Shown here in pieces: positions 39,196 to 51,142 of a stretch of DNA of 64,000 bases. The translations under genes and the position numbers were made by a program. Below the pieces are notes generated by a model that saw only the letters and a list, made by a program, of their open reading frames with translations, ran no database searches and was not told where the DNA came from. This DNA comes from an uncultured Methylococcaceae bacterium (GTDB lineage: Bacteria; Pseudomonadota; Gammaproteobacteria; Methylococcales; UBA1147): assembly GCA_964528035.1 (NCBI GenBank), contig CAZGQY010000002.1, positions 4,531-68,530 of the forward strand, written 5' to 3'. The stretch's first letter is position 1, and every line of letters starts with the position of its first letter.

Positions 39196-41473
39196 GCTGG
39201 ATAGAATCGCTCTCGGAATCATCAATCGGTATTATTTTTTGGAAATACAATTGAAATTGATTCTTTTCCAGTCCACGAGTGATTCGAGAAACCCAATCCA
39301 TTTCCCGGCTGTGGCGCTCGACTTCCAGGTCGGCCATTTGGAACACCTGAACACGGTTACGGCCATTAAATTTAGCCAGGTGGCAAGCTGTATCTGCTGC
39401 ACTTAGCACACTTTCTATATCAGTACTGTCGGCGGTTAATGGTGCCAGACCAATGCTTGCTCCAATATTGAATACCTTATCCCGCCACGTGAACCGGAAA
39501 CCGTGGATAGTTTCTAGCAGCGCACGCGCCAGCCGCTCACCCTGATCAACTGAACAGCCTTCCAATAATATTGCAAATTCGTCGCCGCCAAGCCGCGCCA
39601 GGGAATCCGATTGACGCATCTTACTTAGCAATAAACCTGACAATTGTTGCAACAACTCATCACCAGCCAAATGACCACAGGTATCGTTTACGACTTTGAA
39701 TTGATCGAGATCCAGATACATTAAGCTATGTGTCTTTTGTGTTGTTCTCGCGTTATCCAGCGACAGTTTCAACTGCTGTTCAAATTCTCGACGATTAACT
39801 AAACCCGTCAGGTCATCGTGACTGGCTTGATAGGAGAGTTGATTGGCCAGGTCTTTTGCCGAAGTCATGTCATGAAACACCAATACCGCGCCAGACCGCT
39901 TACCCTCGCGGGTCAATATTGGTGCAGCAGAATCTTCGATGGCATATTCAATACCGTTTTTAGAAATCAGTATTGTGTGGTTGGCGAGCCCTGTCACAAT
40001 ACCCTCTCGCAATACTCGACCCACCGGGTTCTCGACGGGCTCTCGGGTCGTCTCGTTGATAATATTAAATATTTGCTCTAGTGGCCGCCCGTGGGCTTGC
40101 ACTGTCGACCACCCTGTCAGTTGCTCGGCAACTGGGTTTAAATAGCTGACATGGCCATTGGAATCCGTGGTTATTACCGCATCGGCAATACTTGCGAGTG
40201 TCACCTGAGCCAGCTCTTTTTCTCGATATAATGCATCCTGCACCGCTTTGATCTCAGTAATATCACGAGAAATTGCAATCAATCGGAAAGGTTTACCGAG
40301 GTCGTCGAGCAAAGACGTAATTTTGACGTCCCAATATTTGGATTTACCTGAGGCTGTAGGACAGGCGCCGCTAAAACGGCCAATTAATCCGCATTTGGCA
40401 TCCTTGATTGCTTTGCGCATATCTGCAAACGAAGCTTCAGGCCAAAACTCTAACCAGCTTTTACCGATATACTCGCTATTCTCATCGATTTCCATCAAAC
40501 AAAGTCCGGCGTCATTAATTGAAATAAGACGCGCTTTTAAATCCAGAATTTTAATGCAATCGCTGCTACTGTTTAGAATTCTGCGGTTTAGTTCCTCGCT
40601 GTTGTGCAAAGTTCGTTCGGCTTTTTTTCGCTCATTGATGTCGTTTACGATGGCGACATACACCGACCCCGTACTCGCACCTGAGCGCTGTATACGCACA
40701 TCAACAGGATATTTACTTCGGTCACTACGTCGAACAATCGATTCGAATTCGGCCTGATTGCGTTGAGCAAAGTTCAATGGATCCAGTAGTTCTTTGCATT
40801 TTTTTACAGTAAACGCTTTATTCAATGCAGATGGCGTCATTTGTCTCATTTCTTCGTAGGAGTATTGCAGGTTAACAAGAGCGTTTTCGTTTGCGTACAG
40901 AAAATGCAGGGTATTAACATCGAATACATAGATCTCGCTGAATGATCGATCCAGGGTCATACCAAAACTGGTGGCTTCTGTTTCCGCTTTCTTCAATTCA
41001 AATAATGAAACGACTACAGTGGCAAGCTCTTTGATCATAGATCTTTGTTCACTGGAGAGTGAATTCGGACGTTGATCCAGCAAAGCCAGTGTTCCCAGCG
41101 TAAAGCCTTGTGGGTTAATCAGAGGCATACTTGCATAGAAATGTAGATTCATATCGATAACCAGAGAACTGTCCGAATAACGGGAATCGTTTGCCAGGTC
41201 CTCTATCTCGGTGAGATCAGTGTGCAATATGGCTTCCGCGCAGGGCGCTGAATCGCGGGGAATTTCTTTGATATTTTCCAAACCGTAGGTCGATTTTAAC
41301 CATAAGCGACTCTCATCTACCAGGCCAATACAGGCAACAGGCATCTGGCAAGTATTAGCAATGAGTCGTGTAATGTTATCGAATAGATTCTCTACGGGGG
41401 TATCGAGAATGCCGTACTCGTTAAGAGTTGCAAGACGTAGTGCGTCGGACGCTGGAGCAAGCAGATTATTCAT
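39190..41473 (-). pseudogene. GAF-multiPAS-GGDEF protein with EAL domain truncated at its start
   Basis: HDDLTGLVNRREF, DLDQFKVVNDTCGH, ARLGGDEF intact; the EAL start FQLYFQKIIPI...IQH then breaks before the E-x-L-R motif. Confidence 0.85.
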
Positions 41474-41753
41474 GGGCCAAGCCGCCTTGAATTTATGATA
41501 GCAAGTTACAATGCATCGTCGTAATTTTGTAGTCTGCAGTACCGACTATTGTGAATACTGACTAATAATACGCTATTAATGTTTGATAACTTTTTGAATT
41601 ATCGATGCCAATATGAAAAGTCTCAAACATTAAATTTGCTTTTTTAAATATATTTTTGAATAATCTAATAATCGCAATGGCTGGTTTTGCCTGTCGGAAT
41701 CGAGTGATCAAATTTCGCTCGAAAAGGGTTCCGAACCGCACTAATAACTTTGC

Positions 41754-42512
41754 TTGAAAATAATAGACATCACTATGCCTCAGGAAATACTGATTATCGA
41801 TGACGAACCGGAGATACGAGTTTTATTAGCGCGGTATTTGGAGGAAAGCGGATTTCAAGTGACTACTGTTGAAAATGGCATGGCCGCGAAAGAATTTTTA
41901 GCGACTAGCCAGCCGGTTATGATCATTTTAGATCTTAAACTTCCTGATATCGATGGACTGGAACTGGCACGGGAAATTCGTGCCTCCAGTAGCCTACCGA
42001 TCATTATGCTAACCGGTGTGGGTACTGAGACTGACCGCGTAGTCGGATTAGAACTGGCAGCCGACGATTACATGACCAAACCGTTTAGCCCTAGAGAATT
42101 ATTAGCACGTATTAAAGCAGTACTCCGGCGAACCGGCCAGACATGGCAGGCAAACCCTGAAGGGCGTTTGAAAAATAGCGTTAAATTTGCCGATTGGACA
42201 CTAAATTTAACACTAAGAGAACTTGTTTCCCCGGTTGGGGAGACAATTAAGTTAACCAACAACGAGTTTAAGTTACTGGTGACGTTTATCACTCACCCTC
42301 AGCGGGTCTTAAGCCGTGATAAATTGCTTGAATTAAGCCGAACCGATCCGGCCGAGGTATTTGATCGAACCATTGATTACCTGGTATTGCAACTCAGACG
42401 TAAACTCGAGATAGATCCATCTCATCCCAAAATAATTAAAACAGAATGGGGTGCCGGTTACATATTTAACGCCGAAGTAATTCGGTGCGATAATTCGGAT
42501 TCTCCAGAGTAG
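41754..42512 (+). CDS. OmpR-family response regulator (likely start ATG 41775)
   Basis: ILIIDDE, IILDLKLPD, ADDYMTKPF, winged helix with IKTEWGAGY. Confidence 0.93.
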   Translation: MKIIDITMPQEILIIDDEPEIRVLLARYLEESGFQVTTVENGMAAKEFLATSQPVMIILDLKLPDIDGLELAREIRASSSLPIIMLTGVGTETDRVVGLELAADDYMTKPFSPRELLARIKAVLRRTGQTWQANPEGRLKNSVKFADWTLNLTLRELVSPVGETIKLTNNEFKLLVTFITHPQRVLSRDKLLELSRTDPAEVFDRTIDYLVLQLRRKLEIDPSHPKIIKTEWGAGYIFNAEVIRCDNSDSPE

Positions 42513-42550
42513 GCTTGCCCCTAAATTTTAGCCCCGCTATTGCGCGGTTG

Positions 42551-43159
42551 GGTTGTGTCGCAAAAACATGTCAAACGATGACTTTCGGTATCCTGCCCCG
42601 TTTTGATTGAAATGGGGAGTACCATAGATCGATGGTTCAACTCTAAGGGCGTACATTTTCAGATGGATATTATTTTGACGTGCGGCGCTTGGAGCTATTT
42701 GTATCGACCTGTAGACAGGGCCATGCAAACCATTGACTACCTGCTTACGAAAAACGTGATCGGAAAACGACGCTTTGAATCAAAAAAACTATAAAAACAA
42801 TGGGGAACATGAGAAGTTCACGATTGGAAGGAGCTGCGCTAACAATGCAGCCGTCGATACCTACAATGAAGACATCCAGACTGACATTGAACTGGTTCAG
42901 TTCATGTGTATCAAAAATATCGTCGAGCAAGATTATCGGGCCATTAAAGGTATCGTTCGAGCGTTGATGGGCTTTAAATCGTTCCGTTCTGCATGCAACA
43001 TTGGCAGAAATCGAACGAATGCACGGGCTAAAGAAAGGGCAACCGGCTGATTATTTAGTGTCGATTCCGATCCCCGCAGTCCAATCCTATTCATTGATTG
43101 GGTAAACGGTAGTCGAACCAGGATTATTGTTACTGTCAATGAAAATTTGTGATACGAGC
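42551..43159 (+). mobile_element. IS6-family remnant with internal deletions and frameshifts
   Basis: Fragments KGVHF..DIIL, W.YLYRPVD...TIDYLLT and NIVEQDYRAIK...GFKSFRSA; IR-like ends GGTTGTGTCGCAAA and degenerate TTTGTGATACGAGC. Confidence 0.8.
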
Positions 43160-43343
43160 AGATAATCTGGGATAAGGTTCTTGTTCAAATAATCAGTTTA
43201 TAGGATTAACTGAAATGACTTAAGTATATATGTATCTACATATTTGTGAATGGCTTTACCCACCATTTTCTAATTAAGAATGGAAGAAAACTAATTTATA
43301 TTAATTACTCTTTTGGGTGTTGAATGATAGACTTATTCGACTT

Positions 43344-43541
43344 ATGAATATTTCTTTTCCAACGCCACTGACCAAAGAATTGACAATTATTCTTATTGTT
43401 AAGCTCATTTTAATTATCTCGATTAAAGTGATGTGGTTTTCAAACCCGGACACCACCGTTGAAGAAACGCTTCCTCATGTATTATTTGGCAGTGAAGCTA
43501 ATAACACTTTGTCTTCTACCCGTTTTATTAAGCAGGACTAA
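43344..43541 (+). CDS. cydP: CydP-like small subunit upstream of cydA
   Basis: [27 protein letters not shown]; position directly before cydA. Confidence 0.7.
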   Translation: MNISFPTPLTKELTIILIVKLILIISIKVMWFSNPDTTVEETLPHVLFGSEANNTLSSTRFIKQD

Positions 43542-43546
43542 CAATA

Positions 43547-45130
43547 ATGGTCTCTGAAGCAGTTGTTGAACTTTCCCGATTACAATTTGCAATTACCGCA
43601 TTATTTCATTTTATTTTTGTCCCCTTAACCATGGGGTTAACGTTTTTGATAGCGATTATGGAATCCGTTTACGTGATGACGGGCAAAGAAATATATAAAG
43701 ATATGGTGCAATTTTGGGGAAAGTTATTCGCCATTAATTTTGCTATGGGCGTGACAACGGGTCTTACCCTGGAATTTCAATTCGGTACGAACTGGGCGTA
43801 TTACGATCATTATGTGGGTGATGTGTTTGGCGTACCTCTCGCTATTGAAGGTCTTATGGCATTTTTTCTTGAATCGACATTCGTCGGTTTGTTTTTCTTT
43901 GGTTGGAATCGTCTATCTAAAGTACAGCATTTATCAGTTACCTGGTTGGTCGCTATCGGTTCAAATCTGTCAGCTTTGTGGATTTTAATTGCCAATGCCT
44001 GGATGCAACATCCAGTCGGTGCCGAGTTCAATTATGAAACAATGCGAATGGAGCTAACCAGTATTTCAGAGGTGATTCTTAATCCTGTTGCGCAAGTGAA
44101 ATTCATTCATACGGTATCTGCAGGCTATGTAACTGGCTCGATGTTCGTTTTAAGTATTTCAGCGTGGTATTTATTAAAAGGTCGAGATGTTGCTTTTGCC
44201 GTGCGTTCATTCGCGATTGCTGCTGCTTTTGGTTTTGCAGGGGCAGGCTCGGTTATTTTACTGGGGGATGAAAGCGGCTATGAGGCTGGCCAAATTCAAA
44301 AAATGAAACTGGCCGCAATTGAAGCTGAATGGGAAACAGAACCCGCGCCTGCAGCCTTTACGCTGGCGGGTTTACCTGATATGGAAACCCAAGAAACAGA
44401 TTATGCCGTTACAGTTCCATGGTTATTAGGTCTTATTGCCACGCGCTCTATAGATACTGAAGTGAAAGGAATTTTAGATATTGTTGATGATAACGAATTC
44501 CGAATTCGTGAAGGCATAATTGCGTATGCACTGTTGAAAAAACTCAGAAATGGTACGGCAAGTGATGGGGATAAAGAATCATTTGATGAAATAAAAAAAC
44601 ATCTGGGTTACGCCTTATTATTAAAAAAATATACGGCCGATCCGACAATTGCAACAGAAGATCAAATCAAACAAGCGGCATTAGATACTATACCTAATGT
44701 ACCTGTTTTATTTTGGGTGTTTAGAGTCATGGTTGCCTCTGGAGTCATTATGCTGGTGTTGTTTGGCCTCTCCTTTTTCTTTACCAATAGTAAAAAACGA
44801 TTGAGTGAACGCCGTTGGTTACTTCGTTTTGCGGTAATCAGCCTTCCCTTACCATGGATAGCTTCTGAAGCTGGCTGGATTGTTGCTGAATATGGTCGAC
44901 AGCCATGGAGTATCGGTGGAATATTACCCGTTAATTTAAGCACATCCACACTCACCACGAGTGATCTGCATTTTAGCATTGGTGGTTTTGTTTTCTTTTA
45001 CAGTATGCTGTTTATTATCGAAATGTTTCTTATGATTAAATACGCGAGATTGGGACCCAGTGCGTTATATACAGGTAAGTATCATCATGAAAAGTCTAAT
45101 CAGTTAGGGCATGGAGAAAATCATGTTTGA
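43547..45130 (+). CDS. cydA: Cytochrome bd ubiquinol oxidase subunit I
   Basis: [40 protein letters not shown]. Confidence 0.97.
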   Translation: MVSEAVVELSRLQFAITALFHFIFVPLTMGLTFLIAIMESVYVMTGKEIYKDMVQFWGKLFAINFAMGVTTGLTLEFQFGTNWAYYDHYVGDVFGVPLAIEGLMAFFLESTFVGLFFFGWNRLSKVQHLSVTWLVAIGSNLSALWILIANAWMQHPVGAEFNYETMRMELTSISEVILNPVAQVKFIHTVSAGYVTGSMFVLSISAWYLLKGRDVAFAVRSFAIAAAFGFAGAGSVILLGDESGYEAGQIQKMKLAAIEAEWETEPAPAAFTLAGLPDMETQETDYAVTVPWLLGLIATRSIDTEVKGILDIVDDNEFRIREGIIAYALLKKLRNGTASDGDKESFDEIKKHLGYALLLKKYTADPTIATEDQIKQAALDTIPNVPVLFWVFRVMVASGVIMLVLFGLSFFFTNSKKRLSERRWLLRFAVISLPLPWIASEAGWIVAEYGRQPWSIGGILPVNLSTSTLTTSDLHFSIGGFVFFYSMLFIIEMFLMIKYARLGPSALYTGKYHHEKSNQLGHGENHV

Positions 45131-46226
45131 AGTTGAAACATTACAACTCATTTGGTGGGTGTTGATCGTTGTATTATTTACTGGATTTGCACTCACAGAT
45201 GGTTTCGATATTGGCGTTGGAATTTTGCTGCCGATCGCTGGAAAAACAAATACTGAACGCCGTATTCTGATCAATGCAATCGCTCCACACTGGGATGGTA
45301 ATCAAGTGTGGTTTGTACTGGGGATTGGTGCTTTATTTGCCGCATGGCCACCCGTTTATGCAACGGTATTTTCGCTGTTATATGTACCCTTGATGTTATG
45401 CTTGTTTGGCCTTTTCTTTCGCCCTGTTGGGTTTGATTATCGCGCTAAAATCGATAATGCAACATGGCGTACTTTCTGGGATTGGGGTATCTTTACTGGC
45501 AGTGCCTTACCTATATTTTTACTGGGTTTGAGTGTTGGCAACTTATTCTTGGGTATCCCTTTTGATATTGATGAATTCCATCGCCCAGTTGTCACCAGTT
45601 CATTTCTTGGCTTATTTAATCCCTTTGCTGTTTTTGTCGGCTTATTAACGCTGGCTCTGATGATTTTGCATGGTGCGACCTACGCTCAAGTTCGAACTGA
45701 AGGCGAGCTGTTTCATCGGTTGACTCGTTTTGCACGTTATTCGAGTCTAACAGCCATAATCTTATTTGTTATTGCGGGTGCAGCGTTGGCACTTTATATC
45801 AAAGGTTATTTTATCGATTCTGATAGGCTTGTTAAAACTGAAATAGGTGCTTGGTTAAGTGGCTATACAAACAGAGGTATAGCAATTGGCTTGCCTCTAA
45901 TCAGTATTATTGGGCTAGTTTTAGCTTATTTAAAAGCAGGCGAATCAGCTGTACTTGCTTTTTCAGGCAGCACAATAGCTATGGCAGGTGTACTAACCAC
46001 CGCCGCAACCAGTTTATTTCCATTTATTGCGCCTTCATCTATTTCAATGGACGATAGTTTGACGGTCTTCAATGCAACCTCCAGTCATTACACACTGACT
46101 ATTTTAACAGTCATGGCTATGCTTTTTGTACCCATCATACTGGGGTACACATTTTGGTGTTATCGCGCAATGTGGGGACGCATCACCGAAAAGTATATTA
46201 AAGACAATGGTCATTCGCTTTATTAA
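45111..46226 (+). CDS. cydB: Cytochrome bd oxidase subunit II (likely start ATG 45123)
   Basis: [34 protein letters not shown]. Confidence 0.96.
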   Translation: MEKIMFEVETLQLIWWVLIVVLFTGFALTDGFDIGVGILLPIAGKTNTERRILINAIAPHWDGNQVWFVLGIGALFAAWPPVYATVFSLLYVPLMLCLFGLFFRPVGFDYRAKIDNATWRTFWDWGIFTGSALPIFLLGLSVGNLFLGIPFDIDEFHRPVVTSSFLGLFNPFAVFVGLLTLALMILHGATYAQVRTEGELFHRLTRFARYSSLTAIILFVIAGAALALYIKGYFIDSDRLVKTEIGAWLSGYTNRGIAIGLPLISIIGLVLAYLKAGESAVLAFSGSTIAMAGVLTTAATSLFPFIAPSSISMDDSLTVFNATSSHYTLTILTVMAMLFVPIILGYTFWCYRAMWGRITEKYIKDNGHSLY

Positions 46227-46245
46227 GCAATCATCGGACATAATA

Positions 46246-46356
46246 ATGTGGTATTTCACTTGGATACTAGGCGTACTCTTGGCTTGCTCATTCGGCATTA
46301 TTAATGTGATGTGGCTGGAATTAAATGGAGACTTGAAAGAAGGTGAAGATGAATAG
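46246..46356 (+). CDS. cydX: Cytochrome bd small subunit CydX
   Basis: MWYFTWILGVLLACSFGIINVMWLE. Confidence 0.92.
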   Translation: MWYFTWILGVLLACSFGIINVMWLELNGDLKEGEDE

Positions 46357-46452
46357 ATAAGAAGGAAAGTTATTTAATAAGTACTGAACTCTAAACCTGC
46401 AATCCATTTATAAATTTACTCTTTCTTCGTTGCGGAATTACTATGAAATAAT

Positions 46453-46616
46453 TATACCTTTCACGTTCAAGAATGCCCGTTTTGAGTGCGTAGATTTTCG
46501 TGAAGGGCTAGGCGTAGAATCGCAGGAATAGTCATCTCTTTCAAGGTTCTACAACAACGCCCTTCGCGAAAAGATGCGTGCTATAAGTGGGTATTCTTGA
46601 ACGCGAATGGTGTATA
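46453..46616. repeat. 164-bp imperfect palindrome, ERIC/MITE-like
   Basis: TATA ends; TTCACGTTCAAGAATGCCC vs GGGTATTCTTGAACGCGAA (17/19); inner TTTTCGTGAAGGGC vs GCCCTTCGCGAAAA. Confidence 0.75.
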
Positions 46617-46966
46617 TCGAGGAATCACCTTATCAGTTCTATACGGCAGGATAATGCAAACTACAGGGATTTATGGGCATCAAAATGACAATTCAGGTTC
46701 AGGAGCGTGTTGTTTGACTAGTCGATTGATGTGTTCGGATTTGAGCGATCAATAGTTTTTGTTGGGTTCGCCAGATTGATTGCTTTTGATGAATAACTTA
46801 GGCCATTATTGCTGGGTGGATATCGAAAGAAGGATTGCGTTAGGTTTTGGTTCGAATGTGAAATAAACCTAGATCAACGGAAGAAGTACTCTATTGGCAC
46901 CACCTATACGACAGCTGGGAATTAGATGGTGATTCGATCTATACGGTTTTTAATAACCGGATGTTG

Positions 46967-47650
46967 TTACAGCTCATTTTTTTTGCGAGCGCGTCTCATT
47001 TTGGAACGATGGTAGCGTGATCGAATCCGCATGAGATATCCATTGAGTCTATCTCTTGACGAATAAGGTTCTATAAATTGTTGATTTACATTGCCATATT
47101 GGCTACTGGCCTCAATGGCTGCATCCCGATCTAAATCAATTAGAAGAACAATTCGACTGGTGTTTGTATAATTCCAGGCTTCGTGGAATGAGTTTCCGTC
47201 AAAAACCAAACAATCACCTTCGTGCCAATGTTTCGTTTTGCCTGCTACCATAAATGCGCAGTCACTCTCATCCGGTACTTTTATTCCGAGATGACAACGT
47301 AATTTGTTTCCATAATTTTCTTTATGAGGTCTGATATGGGTTCCGGGTGTGATTTTGGAGAAGCCCGCGTGAATTATGCCAGGAATTGCTTTGACCAGTG
47401 CCCCGGTTTTTGGAAAGAATGCTAAGTTCCTCGCCATTTGCTCATCAAGATTGGGGATACCACTGGAATTCGATTGTGATTGGTATATCCCGAGTAATTT
47501 CCACTCGTTGCTGTACGGAATGGTTATTGGGTAGGGTGTATAAGCCTGTTCAGTCTGTTTTGCGAGATATTGATCTAATTCATCTCTTATCAGTTGCCAC
47601 TGGTTTTCAATGTCGCTAAGAAAGGGAAACAGCCTGGAACGATAATACAT
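46967..47650 (-). CDS. Aspartyl/asparaginyl beta-hydroxylase-family Fe/2OG dioxygenase
   Basis: GFSKITPGTHIRPH, LRCHLGIKVP, W.EG...FD.NSFHEAWN, RIVLLID. Confidence 0.85.
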   Translation of the reverse strand: MYYRSRLFPFLSDIENQWQLIRDELDQYLAKQTEQAYTPYPITIPYSNEWKLLGIYQSQSNSSGIPNLDEQMARNLAFFPKTGALVKAIPGIIHAGFSKITPGTHIRPHKENYGNKLRCHLGIKVPDESDCAFMVAGKTKHWHEGDCLVFDGNSFHEAWNYTNTSRIVLLIDLDRDAAIEASSQYGNVNQQFIEPYSSRDRLNGYLMRIRSRYHRSKMRRARKKNEL

Positions 47651-47847
47651 GATAATAATTTTTAAATTTGGTGTTAAAAAAATTAGGGTACAACTGGTAC
47701 ACGATGTAAAAATTTTCAGGCTGCTGCATTATTAATTTAGGCACTGATTGCGTTTACTCTTTGTTTTTCTTGTAAAGCCTTTAAGATAGGGTACTTAAGG
47801 TATATGCAAACAAGGCCCTGTCAGGTACAAATTAATGAATTGGTGCT

Positions 47848-48711
47848 TCAATCTTTTTGTGAATATCGCTCTTCGTCTCGATAATATTCCGGGAAACCGA
47901 CTGCTGAAGTCAACTGTTCGAAATTCAGTATATTTGTGGCAGGTTGACCGTTTTTGATATTCTGCAGGCTGTTTTGCATGGCTGAAATGGATGTGTTTAG
48001 TAAAGTAAGCGGATACACAGCAATTTTGTAGCCGATTTCCTGCAGTCTTTCCGGGGAAAGGTTTGGGGTTTTTCCGTATTCAATCATGTTGGCCATTTTG
48101 GGTCCGTTCACTGTTTCACAGTAACGAATCATTTCCTCTTCACTTTCCGGCGCTTCCAGGAAATTTATGTCAGCACCAATTTCTGTGAATTCCTGGCAGC
48201 GGCTAATGGCTTCATCCAGTCCATGTGTGGCTCGAGCGTCGGTACGTGCCATGATCAAAATATCTCGATCCTCATTGCGGCTATCAACCGCAGCCTGTAT
48301 GCGCATTAATGCCTCATCGCGATCGACAACCATCTTCCCTTTTGTGTGCCCGCAGCGTTTAGGCATCACCTGATCCTCGATCATTATGCAGGCAAAACCG
48401 GCCTGGGCATATCCCTGTACGGTTCTTTTGATATTCAGCGCATTTCCAAAACCGGTATCGCCATCACCAAAAACGGGTATTGACACAGCGTTGCAAACAT
48501 TGCGTCCCTGTTCGACCATTTCGGCGTATGAGATTAATCCGGTATCGGGTACGCCTAATTTACTCCCAGCAACAGCGAAGCCGCTCATGAATGCAGTATC
48601 GAAGCCCGCTGCCTCAATGAGTTTGGCAGAAATAGCATCATGACAGCCGGGCATTAAAAATAAGCCCGGTTTGTCGAGAAGTGCTTTGAGTTTGTCGGTG
48701 GTGGAAACCAT
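47848..48711 (-). CDS. Isocitrate lyase/PEP mutase-family enzyme (MICL-like subgroup)
   Basis: FMSGFAVAG..LGVPDTG, DGDTGFG, IEDQVMPKRCGH, ARTDA. Confidence 0.88.
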   Translation of the reverse strand: MVSTTDKLKALLDKPGLFLMPGCHDAISAKLIEAAGFDTAFMSGFAVAGSKLGVPDTGLISYAEMVEQGRNVCNAVSIPVFGDGDTGFGNALNIKRTVQGYAQAGFACIMIEDQVMPKRCGHTKGKMVVDRDEALMRIQAAVDSRNEDRDILIMARTDARATHGLDEAISRCQEFTEIGADINFLEAPESEEEMIRYCETVNGPKMANMIEYGKTPNLSPERLQEIGYKIAVYPLTLLNTSISAMQNSLQNIKNGQPATNILNFEQLTSAVGFPEYYRDEERYSQKD

Positions 48712-48792
48712 ACAAGACTCCTTTTATGATTTTAGACGGTGTCGCCCATTAAGATTCGTGGCAGACACGATGGCCTGCCACGATGCAATGAT

Positions 48793-50928
48793 TTACAGTA
48801 AAGGAACCATCAGTAATGCAACGATATTGATGATTTTAATCATGGGGTTGACTGCGGGTCCAGCGGTATCTTTGTACGGATCACCCACTGTGTCACCGGT
48901 AATGGCTGCTTTGTGTGCGTCCGAACCTTTTCCGCCGAAATGACCGTCTTCTATATATTTTTTGGCATTGTCCCATGCGCCGCCGCCCGTTGTCATCGAC
49001 AGTGCAACAAACAAACCGGTGATGATCGAACCAATAAGTACACCACCTAATGCTTCTTTGCCAAGAGTGAGTCCGACAATTAACGGTACAGCGATTGGTA
49101 ATAATGACGGTATGACCATCTCTTTAATTGCCGCTACAGTGAGTAAATCGACCGCTTTGGAGTAGTCCGGTTTCTCGGTACCTTTCATAATGCCGGGCAT
49201 TTCTTTGAATTGGCGGCGAACCTCTATGACGATACCGCTAGCAGCACGACCCACCGCTTCCATCGCCAGCGCGCCGAATAAATAAGGCACCATGCCGCCG
49301 ATAAATAACCCGATAATGACCATGTGATCAGATAGGTCGAACGCGATGTTGCCGCCCAGGTTTGCTGTGTAATCGGCAAACAAAACTAAAGCTGCAAGTC
49401 CGGCAGAAGCGATTGCATAGCCTTTGGTTACCGCTTTGGTGGTATTTCCAACTGCATCCAGAGGATCTGTAATATTACGAATTTCTTCGGGCAATTCAGC
49501 CATTTCTGCGATACCGCCGGCATTATCGGTAATCGGCCCGTAAGCATCCAGAGCAACGACCATTCCAGCCATGGAAAGCATTGATGTTGCAGCAATGGCA
49601 AGACCAAACAGGCCGGCTAACTCATAGGCTGCCCAAATACTCATACACACGACAAGTACAGGAGCGGCTGTCGATTTAAGTGATACCGCGAGGCCTGCTA
49701 TGACATTGGTGCCATCGCCTGTTGTTGAGGCTTCGGCAATTGTTTTCACGGGTCCGAATTCTGTCGATGTGTAGTACTCGGTGATCACAACCATTGCCGC
49801 GGTTAATAACAATCCGATTATTGCAGATAGATATATATCGCCAGAGGATACCACTGCCCAGTTTACAGTTAAGCTGTCACCCAGCATGATTACTGTGACA
49901 GGGTAATACGCGATCGCTGAAAGTCCGCCTGAGATAAGTACGCCTTTATAGAGCGCGTTCATCACTCGCCCGTCCTTTTTGACTTTGACAAAGTAGGCGC
50001 CGATTATTGAGGTGATTATAGAGACTCCACCCAGTGCCAATGGATAAACAATGGCTCCATCGGTCGCGTTTTCTACTAACAGGCCGGCTAGTACCATTGT
50101 TGCGACGATTGTCACCGCGTAAGTTTCAAATAAGTCGGCGGCCATGCCTGCGCAATCTCCAACATTGTCACCAACATTGTCAGCAATAACAGCAGGGTTG
50201 CGTGGGTCGTCTTCCGGAATGCCCGCCTCTACTTTTCCGACCAGGTCTGCGCCAACGTCAGCGCCTTTGGTGAAAATGCCGCCACCTAGTCGAGCGAAGA
50301 TGGAAATTAGTGAGCCACCGAAGGCCAGGCCGATTAATGCGTGCAAAGGATGTTCGGCACCTGCTGCAACCAGCATTGCGTAATAGCCGGCGACTCCTAA
50401 AAGTCCCAGGCCAACGACCAGCATTCCGGTGATCGCACCTCCTCGGAATGCAACCTGAAAAGCTGCATCCAGACCCTGATAAGCGGCTTGGGCGGTTCGG
50501 GAGTTTGCCCGAACGGAAATATTCATGCCTATGTAGCCAGCAGCACCTGATAGAAATGCACCAATCGCGAATCCAAATGCGGTGGCCCAGTCTAAAGCGA
50601 AACCGATGACCACGAAAAGCACAATACCTACATAACTGATCGTACGATATTGACGATCCAGATAAGCCTGCGCGCCCTGCTGGATTGCGGTGGCAATATC
50701 CTGCATACGTTCGTTACCTGCAGATCTGGAATTTATCCAGTCAATAGAGGTCACTCCGTAGGCCAGAGCCGCAAGGGATGAGGCAATAGCAAATGCAACT
50801 GACCAGCCGACGACAATGCCGATAACCAGTAAAAGAACAATACTAATGATGCTAATATTTCGATAATGTGGGTTCTGCATATAGGATGCAATTGTAGATA
50901 AGTAAGTTGTGGCGCTGGCTGTGGCCAT
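48793..50928 (-). CDS. hppA: Membrane-bound H+-pyrophosphatase, K+-independent type
   Basis: [26 protein letters not shown] (Lys at the K+-dependence position), [10 protein letters not shown]; RBS AGGAGG before ATG 50928. Confidence 0.95.
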   Translation of the reverse strand: MATASATTYLSTIASYMQNPHYRNISIISIVLLLVIGIVVGWSVAFAIASSLAALAYGVTSIDWINSRSAGNERMQDIATAIQQGAQAYLDRQYRTISYVGIVLFVVIGFALDWATAFGFAIGAFLSGAAGYIGMNISVRANSRTAQAAYQGLDAAFQVAFRGGAITGMLVVGLGLLGVAGYYAMLVAAGAEHPLHALIGLAFGGSLISIFARLGGGIFTKGADVGADLVGKVEAGIPEDDPRNPAVIADNVGDNVGDCAGMAADLFETYAVTIVATMVLAGLLVENATDGAIVYPLALGGVSIITSIIGAYFVKVKKDGRVMNALYKGVLISGGLSAIAYYPVTVIMLGDSLTVNWAVVSSGDIYLSAIIGLLLTAAMVVITEYYTSTEFGPVKTIAEASTTGDGTNVIAGLAVSLKSTAAPVLVVCMSIWAAYELAGLFGLAIAATSMLSMAGMVVALDAYGPITDNAGGIAEMAELPEEIRNITDPLDAVGNTTKAVTKGYAIASAGLAALVLFADYTANLGGNIAFDLSDHMVIIGLFIGGMVPYLFGALAMEAVGRAASGIVIEVRRQFKEMPGIMKGTEKPDYSKAVDLLTVAAIKEMVIPSLLPIAVPLIVGLTLGKEALGGVLIGSIITGLFVALSMTTGGGAWDNAKKYIEDGHFGGKGSDAHKAAITGDTVGDPYKDTAGPAVNPMIKIINIVALLMVPLL

Positions 50929-51142
50929 GTAATTCCTCCTGTGTTTTTGAAGACCGACAGAGTCTGTCATGGGTTATGGGTTAAAGAGTTTGTGTGTGGT
51001 TAATTCTGGGCCTGTTGTGTGGATAGTTAAACTTTGAGTATTAGTCGGTAATCGAGCATTTTATAAAACGTGATATATGTTTATGCGTTTTTGCAATTTA
51101 TTTCCTGCTCAAGACTAAAATGGTTGCTCACCAATCCGCGAT

